DNA of 64,000 nt from Candidatus Methylomirabilota bacterium (GTDB lineage: Bacteria > Methylomirabilota > Methylomirabilia > Rokubacteriales > DASRDR01). The position numbers were made by a program, and so were the translations under genes. This document shows positions 55,501 through 64,000 of the stretch, in pieces (the first letter of the stretch is position 1; every line of letters begins with the position of its first letter). The stretch spans positions 2,808-66,807 of the forward strand of contig DASYUM010000339.1 in assembly GCA_036001225.1 (NCBI GenBank). Direction: 5' to 3'. The notes below the pieces were generated by a model. That model searched no databases, was not told the DNA's origin, and saw only the letters and a program-made list of their open reading frames with translations.

Positions 55501-57120
55501 CTATCTGGCTCCGGCGCGGCGCAGTTCCTCCTGCACCTCGGGGGAGCGGGCGGCGTAGTCGAGGACGGACTTGCCGTCGCCGTCGCGCACGTTGACGTCG
55601 GCGCGGGCGGCGATCAAGGCGCGGACGTTTTCCAGCCGGCCCATGGTCGCGGCGCTGATCAGCGGGGTCACCCGGTTCAGGTCGCGGGCGTTGGGATCGG
55701 CGCCGCGCGCGAGCAGCAGCCGCACCGCTTCGACCGGGCACAGGCCGGCGGCGCGGTGGAGGGCGGTATAGCCGGTATCGTCCGCCATCGGCCGGGCGCC
55801 GCCTTCGAGCAGCAGACGGATGACCTCGGTATTGTCGCGCCGCTGGCATCCGCGGGCCGCCTCCGCCAGCGCGTGGCCGCGGTCGGCATTGGCGTCCGCG
55901 CCCCGCGACAACAGCCCACGGACCTGGTCGGCATTTCCGCGCAGCGCGGCGATGGCAAGCGCGCGGGGATCGGCCGGGGCCGCTGACTCGAGCAGCAGTG
56001 CAGCGATCTCGTTGCGACCCCAGTTACTGGCCGCCTGCAGCGCGGTGCGCTGGAGGCGGTCCGGCTGGTCGACCCGGGCGCCGGCGGCGAGCAGCTTCTC
56101 CACGGCTTCACGGCTGCCGCCGGTGACCGCCGCGATGAGCGGCGTGGTGTCGTTCTGCGGGCTGGCATTCACCTCGGCGCCGGCGTCGACGAGGGCGGCG
56201 ACGATCTCGGCCTGGCCGAGATTCCCGGCATAGATCAGCGGCGGTACGCCGCGATCGTCCTTGGCGTTGGGGTCGGCGCCGGCGGCGAGCGCCCGGCGCA
56301 CCGCCGCGGCGTCCCTGCCCAGGACGGCATCGAAGAGTGCCGCGGCTTTGGCACCGGTATCGTCGCGGGCGCCGGCGACTTCGAGCCGGGCGATGATCGG
56401 CGCCAAGCTCGCCTCGTGCGGCCGGCGCCGCGCTTCCAGGTGACGCGCCCAGCGCAGGGCCGACCATCCGTTCTGATCCTGCGCCTTCACGTCGGCCCCC
56501 GCGTCGATGAGTAACTCCAGCATGGCGGGATGGCCGCGCCGGGCGGCCATGATGACGTAAGAGACGGCCGGCGGCGAGGGGTTGACGCTCGCCCCACGCT
56601 CGATCAGGAGCCGCGCCATCTCGGGCGTGCCCAATCCGACGGCGAAGGACAGCTGCCGGTCGCCGGGGCGCGCGCCGGAGTCGATCAGCAGCGTGGCCAT
56701 CGGCACCTTCGAGCGCGTGACGGCGACATCGAGCGCGGTCTCGCCGCCTCGCGCCACGTGGCCGACCCTCGCTCCCTTCTCGATCAGGAGGCGGGCGAGG
56801 TCGGTGTTCCCACCCTGGGCCGCATAGTGGAGCGGCCGGTATCCGATGTCCCAATGCGGCAGCTGCTGCATCCAGCTGATGAACGCGATGAGCTCGCGGA
56901 GATCGCGGGTCGGAATTTCCGCGTTGACGTCGGCCCCGTTCGAGACGAGACGCCGAGTCTCGGCCAGGTTGCCATCGCGCGCCGCCCGCATCAGCGCGGT
57001 CATGGCATGCTCGTCGCGCTGGTCCACGCCGAAGCGACCGCAGCCGGAAGCGAGCACCAGGACAGTGAGCGGCGGAATGAGCTGCCTTCTCACGGTGCCG
57101 ATGTGTCTCACCGGCACCAT
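55501..57120 (-). CDS. Ankyrin-repeat lipoprotein (about 12 ANK repeats)
   Basis: Lipoprotein signal …RRQLIPPLTVLVLASGC. Repeated ANK consensus (TALM.AA..G..E…LL..GADVNA). Start is ATG 57118-57120 or GTG 57093. Confidence 0.8.
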   Translation of the reverse strand: MVPVRHIGTVRRQLIPPLTVLVLASGCGRFGVDQRDEHAMTALMRAARDGNLAETRRLVSNGADVNAEIPTRDLRELIAFISWMQQLPHWDIGYRPLHYAAQGGNTDLARLLIEKGARVGHVARGGETALDVAVTRSKVPMATLLIDSGARPGDRQLSFAVGLGTPEMARLLIERGASVNPSPPAVSYVIMAARRGHPAMLELLIDAGADVKAQDQNGWSALRWARHLEARRRPHEASLAPIIARLEVAGARDDTGAKAAALFDAVLGRDAAAVRRALAAGADPNAKDDRGVPPLIYAGNLGQAEIVAALVDAGAEVNASPQNDTTPLIAAVTGGSREAVEKLLAAGARVDQPDRLQRTALQAASNWGRNEIAALLLESAAPADPRALAIAALRGNADQVRGLLSRGADANADRGHALAEAARGCQRRDNTEVIRLLLEGGARPMADDTGYTALHRAAGLCPVEAVRLLLARGADPNARDLNRVTPLISAATMGRLENVRALIAARADVNVRDGDGKSVLDYAARSPEVQEELRRAGAR

Positions 57121-57291
57121 TGTCCCCCGAGAGCGCGGATTTCCGGCTGATTTCCCCCGGGTGACGACCCGGGTCGCCCGCCCGGCTTCCGCCTGGCGAC
57201 GCAGGACCAGATCATCTATCTTACTCGGCAGGCTTAGTCGGCAGGGCCCACCGGCCCTCGAGGGCAGTCTCGGGAAGGGAGCAATCCGCGC

Positions 57292-60200
57292 GTGAGAGGC
57301 CCCCGCACCGAACGCCGGATCGTGACGTGCCTCTTCATCGACATCGTCGGCTCGACCGACCTCACCATCGCGCTCGGACCGGAACGCATGCAACGCCTGC
57401 TCACCGGCGCCTTCGCCGAGCTGAGCGCGATCGTCGAGGAACGGGGCGGCGTCGTCGAGAAGTTCATCGGGGACGCCATGTTCGCGCTCTTCGGCGCGCC
57501 GATCGCCCACGCCGACGATCCCTGGCGCGCGCTGCGGGCCGCCGAGGCCTGCGCGGAGCGGATCCGCTCGCGGCCCCGCGACGCGGAGATCGCGCTGCGG
57601 GTCGGCGTGGAGACGGGCGAGGCCCTCGTCGACCTCGAGGCGACCAGCCGCGAGCGCCAGCGGATGGCCGTCGGCGCCTGCGTCAACGTCGCCGCGCGCC
57701 TCCAGCAGGGCGCCCACTCGGGCGAGATCCTCGTCGGCCCGGTCTGTCACGATGCGATGGCCGCGTCAGCCGAGTTCGAGCCGGCGGGCCCGCTGGCCCT
57801 CAAGGGCATCGGCGAGGTCGTGGCCTGGCGCCTGGTGCGCACCACGGGAGCGCCCAGCACCGCGCTGCCCTTCGTCGGCCGGGATGCGGAGCTCGAGCGC
57901 CTGCGCACGGCGTTCGAGCGCACCCGGGCCGGGGCCGCCGGCCGCGGGCTGATCATCGGCCCTCCCGGCCAGGGCAAGACGCGTCTGGTCGAGGAGTTCC
58001 TCCGCCGCCTCGGGCCGACCGTCCGCGTCCTCCAGGCCCGCTGCCGCCCGAGCGCCGAGCCGACGGCGCGCCCTCCGCTCCACCAGCTCCTGGCCAGCGA
58101 TCTCGCCGAGGTCACCGGCGACGCGGAGCTCGACCCCGGCGCCGTGGCGTCCCGGCTCCGCGCGCTCCTCCCGGAGGCCGAGGATGCCACCCACGTCGCC
58201 TCGGTGCTCTGCCACAGCGCCGGCCTGAGCGTCGATCAGAAGCTCCTCGCTCACGTCCCGCGCGACGTCCAGGAGGAGTTCGTGGCCGGGTGGCGCCGGT
58301 ACCTGGCGAGCCTGGCCCGTGAGCGACCGGTCCTCTTGCACCTGGAGGACGTGCACTGGGCCGATCCGAGCTTCCTCCGCCTCGTCGATCGGGTCACCTT
58401 CGGCGAGCGCATCCCGCTGTTCACGCTGGCCACGGCCCGCCCCGAGTTCGCGGAGAGCGCGCACCTGCGCCCGGGCGACGGCCTCGTCATCGAGCTCGAG
58501 CCGCTCGACGCGCCGTCGGCGTTGGCCCTCGCCCGCAGCGCGGGGGCCCCCGATGCGCGCGCCGTCGCGCGGGCGGAGGGGAACCCGCTGTTCATCATCG
58601 AGCTGGCCCGCGCGCCCCGCGCGGCCGGGCGGGACCTTCCGATCACGATCCACGGTGCCATCGCCGCCCGCCTCGACGAGTTGCCCCCTCCCGAGCGCGA
58701 GCTCCTGCAGCGGGCGGCCGTGGTCGGCGAAGCCTTCGCGATCCGAGACGCCGCGCTGCTCGCCGAGCGCGAGCCGATGGAAGTGGCGGGGAGCCTCGGC
58801 CGGCTCGCCCACCTCCGCTTCGTGCAGCCCGTGCGGCAAGGCTACCGCTTCCACCACGCGCTCGTGCACGACATCGCGTACAGCCGGCTGCCGGTCGCCG
58901 AACGGATGCGGCTCCACGCGCGGTACGCCCAGGAAGGTGTGCACCAGGACGAGGCCGAGGTCCTGGCCCAGCACTGGTGGGAGGCGCTGCGGCCGCCGGA
59001 TGCCGATTGGGTGTGGGAGGACGCCGGGCAGCGATCGGCGATGCGCGCCGAGGCCATCGAGGCGCACCTGGCCGCGGCCGGCCGCCTCATCGATCGCCTC
59101 GCCCACGAGGAAGCGCTCGGCGTCCTCGATCGCGCGGGGAAGCTCGCCGCGGGCGCCCGGGACCTCGGCCGAGTGGAAGCGATGATCGGGCTCGTCCACG
59201 CCCGGAACGCCCAGGGCGAGCAGGCGTGGGAGCATCGACTCCGCGCGCTGGAGTGCTATGACCGCGGAGGGCTCACACCGCCGGCCGGGCTCTACGCCGA
59301 CCTCCTGGAGATCCCCGCCTTCAACTTCGGGTATTTCCGCCGGCTGCCCGACGACCAGGAAGTGCTCCGGCTGATGGCGGAGGGCGAGCGGGTCGCGCGG
59401 GAGAGCGGCGACGAGGTCGCGCTGGCGCGGCTGCTCACCCAGCGCGCCGTCTTCTCCCGCGACGCCGGGGCGAGCGCGGAGGCGCTGGCGATCGTGGAGC
59501 GGGCGGCCGATCCCACGCCGCATGCCGAGGCGTTCCATCGCCTCGCGCTGGCACAGTTCATCGCCGGCGACCTCGGGCAGGCGCGCTCGCTCTTCGAGCG
59601 GGTCTTCGACCGGCTCCTGGCGGCGGGAGCGAGGATCAACGAGCCGGAGGCGCTCACCTATCGCGCGCTCCTCCTCTTCCACCTGGGTGACCTCGCCACC
59701 GCCGAGGCGGTGACCGACCGTCTCCTGCAGATCAGCGAGCAGCAGAGCCCCCACACTCAGGCCCACGCGCTGGCGGCGCAGGCGCTCGTCCAGCTCGGCC
59801 GCGGGGAGTGGCCGGGCCTTTCGCAGACGGGGTTGCGCGTCGCCGATCTCGTGGCGCGGCATCCCGAGGCCAGCTGGTGCCTGCTGGGAGCGGCCGTCGT
59901 CGCGCAGGGAGCGGTCGCGGACGTCTTGGCCGGACGGGGGTTGTCCGAGCAGGCGGTGCAGCTCGTCTCCCGCATGGTGCCGCAGTCGGTCAGCGTGCAG
60001 GCGAGCAGCCTCATGGTGCCCCGCATCCTGGCCGGCGCGCCCTGGTCGGAAGAGGACGCGCGGGCGGCGTACGCTCCCAAGGCCCGCCTGTGGGACCGGC
60101 AAGAGGTGTGGGATCCGTGCCGGATCCAGCTCGCGCTGGCCTGCGCCTTGCTCCGGCGCCGGGACGAGCTGGAGCGAATGCTCCCGCAGTTCGACGAGCT

Positions 60201-60372
60201 GGCGGCCAACGGGGCGCCGTTTCTGGGGGCGTTCGCCGCCGCCCTCCGCGAGGAGATCGCCGCCGCGGGGGGCGGGCCCGCGCCCACCCACCGCGGACTC
60301 CGCGAGCTGGGCTATCGCGGGCTCAGCGAGCTGCTCTCCTGCCGGCCCCCGCGCGTCGCCCCCGCCTCGTAG
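57292..60372 (+). CDS. Class-III adenylate/guanylate cyclase domain fused to a STAND/AAA NTPase and C-terminal TPR-like helical repeats. No DNA-binding domain is evident
   Basis: Cyclase N-terminus RRIVTCLFIDIVGSTDL…KFIGDAMFALFGAP. Walker A GPPGQGKT. A long alpha-helical C-terminus. GTG start with a GGGAAGGGAG RBS. Confidence 0.8.
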   Translation: MRGPRTERRIVTCLFIDIVGSTDLTIALGPERMQRLLTGAFAELSAIVEERGGVVEKFIGDAMFALFGAPIAHADDPWRALRAAEACAERIRSRPRDAEIALRVGVETGEALVDLEATSRERQRMAVGACVNVAARLQQGAHSGEILVGPVCHDAMAASAEFEPAGPLALKGIGEVVAWRLVRTTGAPSTALPFVGRDAELERLRTAFERTRAGAAGRGLIIGPPGQGKTRLVEEFLRRLGPTVRVLQARCRPSAEPTARPPLHQLLASDLAEVTGDAELDPGAVASRLRALLPEAEDATHVASVLCHSAGLSVDQKLLAHVPRDVQEEFVAGWRRYLASLARERPVLLHLEDVHWADPSFLRLVDRVTFGERIPLFTLATARPEFAESAHLRPGDGLVIELEPLDAPSALALARSAGAPDARAVARAEGNPLFIIELARAPRAAGRDLPITIHGAIAARLDELPPPERELLQRAAVVGEAFAIRDAALLAEREPMEVAGSLGRLAHLRFVQPVRQGYRFHHALVHDIAYSRLPVAERMRLHARYAQEGVHQDEAEVLAQHWWEALRPPDADWVWEDAGQRSAMRAEAIEAHLAAAGRLIDRLAHEEALGVLDRAGKLAAGARDLGRVEAMIGLVHARNAQGEQAWEHRLRALECYDRGGLTPPAGLYADLLEIPAFNFGYFRRLPDDQEVLRLMAEGERVARESGDEVALARLLTQRAVFSRDAGASAEALAIVERAADPTPHAEAFHRLALAQFIAGDLGQARSLFERVFDRLLAAGARINEPEALTYRALLLFHLGDLATAEAVTDRLLQISEQQSPHTQAHALAAQALVQLGRGEWPGLSQTGLRVADLVARHPEASWCLLGAAVVAQGAVADVLAGRGLSEQAVQLVSRMVPQSVSVQASSLMVPRILAGAPWSEEDARAAYAPKARLWDRQEVWDPCRIQLALACALLRRRDELERMLPQFDELAANGAPFLGAFAAALREEIAAAGGGPAPTHRGLRELGYRGLSELLSCRPPRVAPAS

Positions 60373-60470
60373 CGGTTCGTCTCAGCCCTCCTGCCGGCAC
60401 GCGAAGGATCGGCCAGTCTTCTGAATGTCTTCGCGGCTTGGCCGCGCCCAGCGGTAAAATCGTCTTCTCC

Positions 60471-63140
60471 GTGACCCAGGAGACCAGTCCCCGAGTCCGC
60501 TCGGTGTTGCCACTCGCCTCACGGGTCGCCGGCATCGCGACGGCACTCGTCGGCACGGCCGTGCTCGCCGGCTGGATCCTCGACGTCAGGCCCCTGAAGA
60601 GCGTCCTCCCGAACCTGGCCACCATGAAGGCGAATACGGCGATCGCGTTCATCCTGGCCGGCCTGTCGCTGGCGCTGCTCGCGCCCCCGAGGCGGGGACG
60701 ATGGGCGCGCCACCTCGCCCAGGGCTGTGCCCTGACGGCCACCCTGATCGCCCTCCTGACCCTCGCCGAGTACGCGACCGGCCGGAACCTCGGCATCGAC
60801 CAGCTCCTCGTCGCGGACACACCGGGCGGGCTGCGGGCGCCCTTCCCGGGCCGCATGGGCGTGAACACGGCCCTGGCCTTCTTCCTGCTGGGTCTGGCCT
60901 TGCTCGGCGTGGACGTGGAGACGCGCGGCGGCCGGTATCCCGCGCAGCTCCTGGCCCTGGCCGGGGGGACCGTGGCCGCCATCTCGCTGGTCGGGTACCT
61001 CTACAGCGCCACGGCCCTCTTCGGCATCGCCTCGTACACGCAGATGGCGCTGCACACGGCCGGGACGCTCCTTCTGCTCGCCGCCGGCATCCTCTGCGCG
61101 CGCCCGGACCGCGGCTTGATGGCGACGGTGACGAGCGACGCGCCGGGTGGGCTGATGGCCCGTCGCCTCCTGCCCGCCGCCCTCGGGGTGCCCCTGGCCT
61201 TGGGATGGCTCCAGCTGGAGGGCGAACGGGCAGGGCTCTACGGGATGGAGCTCGGGTTGTCGCTGCTGGTGACGGCGATCCTGGCCGTCTTCGCCATCCT
61301 GGCCTGGTCCAGCGCGGCGTCGCTCAACCGAGCGGACGCGGCGCGGCGCGAGAGCGAGGCCCGCACGGCGGCCAGCCTCGAGGGGGCGCTCGACGCCGTC
61401 GTGACCATCGATCACCAGGGGCGGATCACGGAGTTCAATCGCGCCGCCGAGCGGATCTTCGGCTACCGGCGGACCGAGGTGCTGGGGCGCGAGATGGCCG
61501 AGCTCCTGATCCCACCCGCCTTGCGGGACCGGCACCGGCAGGGCCTCGCCGGGTACCTGACGACGGGCCACGGCCCGGTCATCGGCCAGCGCCTGCAGCT
61601 GCCCGCCCTCCGCGCGGATGGCACGGAGTTTCCCGTCGAGCTCACCATCACCCGGCTGCCATCGGACGGGCCCCCGATGTTCACGGGCTTCCTGCGCGAC
61701 GTCACGCTCGAGCGGCAGACGCAGGAGGCCCTCGCCAAGTCCACCGAGCGACTCAGCATCCTGCACGAGATCGACCGGGCCATCATCGCAGCCCGGCCGC
61801 CCGTCGAGATCGCCGAGGCGGTACTGCGGCGCTTGCGGGACCTGCTGGGGGTCCCGCGCGCCATCGTGAACCTGTTCGACCTGGCCACCGGCGAAGTGGA
61901 GTGGCTGGCGGCGGCCGGGCGCCGCCGCATGCACCTCGGGCCCGGCGTCCGCTTCCCGCTGGCGCTGATGGGCGATGTGGAGGCCTTGCGGCGCGGGGAG
62001 CTGCAGGTGATCGACGTCGCGTCGCTGCCCCCCAGCGCCGACGCGGAGGCCCTGCTCGCCTCGGGCGTCCACGTGTACATGGTGGTGCCCATGATCGCCG
62101 GGGGCGAGCTCATCGGAGGGTTGAGCTTCGGCGGAGCGTCGGCCACCTTCCCCCCCGAGCAGGTCAGCATCGCGCAAGAGGCGGCGGCCCAGCTCGCCAT
62201 CGCAATCGCGCAGGCGCGCCTCTACGAGCGGGTCAAGGGGCAGGCGGAGGAACTCGAGCAGCGGGTGCGCGAGCGCACGCGCGAGTTGAGCGCCGCCAAC
62301 GAACAACTCGAGCAGGAGGTCGGCGAGCGGCGCCGCGCCGAAGCGGAGGCCGATCGGGCCACCCGGGCCAAGAGCGAATTCCTGGCGAACATGTCGCACG
62401 AGCTGCGGACGCCACTCAATGCCATCATCGGCTTCACCGAGCTGATCCACGATGACAAAGTGGGCCCGGCCTCGGACGAGCAGAAGGAGTTCCTCGGCGA
62501 CATCCTGGTCAGCTCCCGGCATCTGCTCCAGCTCATCAACGATGTCCTCGATCTCGCCAAGGTCGAGTCGGGAAGCCTGGAATTTCACCCCGAGCCGGTG
62601 GACCTGGCGCGGCTGACCGACGAGGTCCGGGACGTCCTCCGGGGATTGGCGACCCGCAAGCAGATCCGGCTGGAGACGGCCGTCGACCCGGCGATCGGCT
62701 CGGTGATCCTGGACCCGGCCAAGCTGAAGCAGGTGCTCTACAACTACGCCTCGAACGCCATCAAGTTCACCCCCGAGGGCGGGCGGGTGGCGCTTCGCGC
62801 CGCGCCCGAGGGCGCGGACGCCGTGCGCCTGGAGGTGGAGGACACCGGGATCGGCATCCGCCCGGAGGATCTCGGGCGACTCTTCGTCGAGTTCCAGCAG
62901 CTCGACGCGGGACCGGCGAAGCGGCACGAGGGGACCGGACTCGGTCTCGCGCTGACCAAGCGGCTCGTCGAGGCCCAGGGCGGCCGGGTCGGCGTCCGGA
63001 GTATTCCCGGCCAGGGTAGCGTTTTCTACGCCGTGTTCCCCCGGGCAACCCGGCCGCTCGGGGTCGCCGCCCTCCCGGCGACCCCGGTCCGGGCGGCCCC
63101 GCGCGGGGCGCAGACCGGGCCCGGCTCGAACGAGCCCTGA
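60471..63140 (+). CDS. Sensor histidine kinase: N-terminal multi-TM sensor domain, PAS, GAF, HisKA and HATPase_c. No receiver domain
   Basis: GTG 60471 (MTQETSPRVRSVLPL…MKANTAIAFILAGLSL). PAS region (GRITEFNRAAERIFGY). H-box FLANMSHELRTPLNAIIGF. The upstream 220 aa of the ORF in the track are a junk extension. Confidence 0.75.
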   Translation: MTQETSPRVRSVLPLASRVAGIATALVGTAVLAGWILDVRPLKSVLPNLATMKANTAIAFILAGLSLALLAPPRRGRWARHLAQGCALTATLIALLTLAEYATGRNLGIDQLLVADTPGGLRAPFPGRMGVNTALAFFLLGLALLGVDVETRGGRYPAQLLALAGGTVAAISLVGYLYSATALFGIASYTQMALHTAGTLLLLAAGILCARPDRGLMATVTSDAPGGLMARRLLPAALGVPLALGWLQLEGERAGLYGMELGLSLLVTAILAVFAILAWSSAASLNRADAARRESEARTAASLEGALDAVVTIDHQGRITEFNRAAERIFGYRRTEVLGREMAELLIPPALRDRHRQGLAGYLTTGHGPVIGQRLQLPALRADGTEFPVELTITRLPSDGPPMFTGFLRDVTLERQTQEALAKSTERLSILHEIDRAIIAARPPVEIAEAVLRRLRDLLGVPRAIVNLFDLATGEVEWLAAAGRRRMHLGPGVRFPLALMGDVEALRRGELQVIDVASLPPSADAEALLASGVHVYMVVPMIAGGELIGGLSFGGASATFPPEQVSIAQEAAAQLAIAIAQARLYERVKGQAEELEQRVRERTRELSAANEQLEQEVGERRRAEAEADRATRAKSEFLANMSHELRTPLNAIIGFTELIHDDKVGPASDEQKEFLGDILVSSRHLLQLINDVLDLAKVESGSLEFHPEPVDLARLTDEVRDVLRGLATRKQIRLETAVDPAIGSVILDPAKLKQVLYNYASNAIKFTPEGGRVALRAAPEGADAVRLEVEDTGIGIRPEDLGRLFVEFQQLDAGPAKRHEGTGLGLALTKRLVEAQGGRVGVRSIPGQGSVFYAVFPRATRPLGVAALPATPVRAAPRGAQTGPGSNEP

Positions 63141-63253
63141 CCGAGGCCGGCGACGCGTCGAGCAATGGGATGTCTACCGGGGCGGACGGACCGCAGCGGC
63201 TGGTGGGGGCGCGGCGATGAGCCCGGTGGGGATGCGGAATCGAGCCCCTGTGA

Positions 63254-64000
63254 TCAGTGCAGGCCGACGATCTCCGTCAGCCGGATGCTGGTCTGCGACG
63301 TGTCGCCGCTGACCACCGGCAGGCCCGCCCGGTGCCAGCCGGCGGTGCCGCCGGCCAGACTGTAGACCAGGGGAAAGTCGGCCTGTTTGAGGAACTGCCC
63401 CGCCCGGCGCGAGCGCACGCCGCTGTGGCAGACCACCAGTGGCACGCAGCTACTGGGAATCTCCGACAGCCGCGTGGCCAGCTCTGACTGCGGGATGTGG
63501 TGCGCGCCCGGGATGTGCATGCGCTGCCATTCCTCGTCCTCGCGCACGTCGAGCAGCCACCACTCGCCGCCGTCGATCTTCGGCCGCGCCTGATCGAAGG
63601 TCACGTCCGGCACGTGCGCCAGCGGATGGCGCAGCATCGCCCAGCTCATCGGCGCCGCGCCCCGGTTGGTGGCGATGATGGCCTCCATGTTCAGCGGCCT
63701 GGCTGGACGTGAGGAGATCAACTCGCGGACGAAGTCTTCCTTAGTGGGCAGCAGCAGCATCGGATTGAAGCGCCGCTCGAAGCCGATGGTCGAGCTTGGC
63801 CGGCCACACATGCCACGCCCGCACGAGCCTTCGAAGTGCGCCGGAAACACCTCCACATAATCCTCGAGACCGAGCAGCCGCCGGTTGCTGTCGTACTGCT
63901 GCTCGGCGGCATCGGGCCCGCCGAAGTCCGGCCGACCGACATCGCCCACGAAGAGGCAGTCGCCCGTCAACACCATCGACGGCAGCGGGCTACGCGGCGG
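63254..64000 (-). CDS. MBL-fold metallo-hydrolase with a C-terminal rhodanese domain (persulfide dioxygenase-like fusion), 5'-truncated by the window end
   Basis: No stop occurs between 63976 and 64000 in frame. MBL C-terminal half (LTGDCLFVGDVGRPDF…). Rhodanese active-site Cys loop (VVCHSGVRSRRA). Confidence 0.7.
   Translation of the reverse strand, partial: PPRSPLPSMVLTGDCLFVGDVGRPDFGGPDAAEQQYDSNRRLLGLEDYVEVFPAHFEGSCGRGMCGRPSSTIGFERRFNPMLLLPTKEDFVRELISSRPARPLNMEAIIATNRGAAPMSWAMLRHPLAHVPDVTFDQARPKIDGGEWWLLDVREDEEWQRMHIPGAHHIPQSELATRLSEIPSSCVPLVVCHSGVRSRRAGQFLKQADFPLVYSLAGGTAGWHRAGLPVVSGDTSQTSIRLTEIVGLH

Noticed and set aside
1-64000. Searched for CRISPR arrays, tRNA/rRNA genes, integrases, transposases, toxin-antitoxin pairs and phage genes
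   Set aside because: I found no regularly spaced direct repeats, no tRNA-like cloverleaf signatures (GTTCGAATC-type T-arm), and no recombinase or transposase-like ORFs by eye. A tool-based scan (tRNAscan-SE, Infernal, ISfinder) would be needed for certainty.

Overview
This is a very high-GC (~70%) bacterial window with dense coding on both strands and no rRNA, tRNA, CRISPR array, integrase or transposase that I can recognise. Several of the long ORFs in the six-frame track are high-GC artefacts that fuse or shadow real genes, so gene boundaries below are my re-calls.

Gene content:
- 1-4420 (+): a liv-type branched-chain amino-acid ABC transporter operon, livK (5'-truncated by the window), livH, livM, livG and livF.
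- 4684-13362: a PaaK-family CoA ligase, an MbfA-like erythrin-VIT1 membrane protein, an ECF sigma factor with its zf-HC2 anti-sigma factor, an ICMT-family methyltransferase and a PAS/GAF hybrid histidine kinase.
- 13583-35700 (-): a ~22 kb uninterrupted minus-strand cluster. It carries three genes of a xanthine-dehydrogenase-family molybdenum hydroxylase (2Fe-2S small subunit, FAD medium subunit, CoxG-like) plus two tandem large-subunit paralogues, a tripartite tricarboxylate (TTT) transporter with two TctC and a fused TctA-TctB, a cupin, a creatinase-like M24 peptidase, a DadA-like oxidase, a DUF2877/YlbF protein with FdrA, a class-V aminotransferase and an amidase.
- 35779-37617 (+): a 4,5-dihydroxyphthalate-decarboxylase-like protein and a dienelactone hydrolase, transcribed divergently from the minus-strand cluster.
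- 37763-40321 (-): a lower-GC three-gene locus, with ynfA, a small secreted protein and a 557-aa protein built from about ten 'SFEDLL' repeats. I consider this the best candidate for something undescribed.
- 40412-45855 (-): a second oxidoreductase cluster, with two luciferase-like monooxygenase (LLM) oxidoreductases, an amidohydrolase and an orphan third Mo-hydroxylase large subunit.
- 45945-49526 (-): a large hybrid histidine kinase with GAF domains.
- 49901-55287 (+): a sugar ABC transporter and two Gfo/Idh/MocA oxidoreductases.
- 55501-64000: an ankyrin-repeat lipoprotein divergent from an adenylyl-cyclase-STAND-NTPase-TPR protein, another sensor kinase, and a partial MBL-fold/rhodanese gene cut by the window end.

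Other features: an intergenic structured repeat is present twice (18858-18928 and 55341-55468), with compensatory base changes in its stem. A structured insertion between livH and livM duplicates the 3' end of livH. Three conserved genes (fdrA, ynfA, the sugar-binding protein) carry single-base frameshifts that may be homopolymer sequencing errors. Four-base start/stop overlaps (ATGA, GTGA) are common, consistent with translational coupling.
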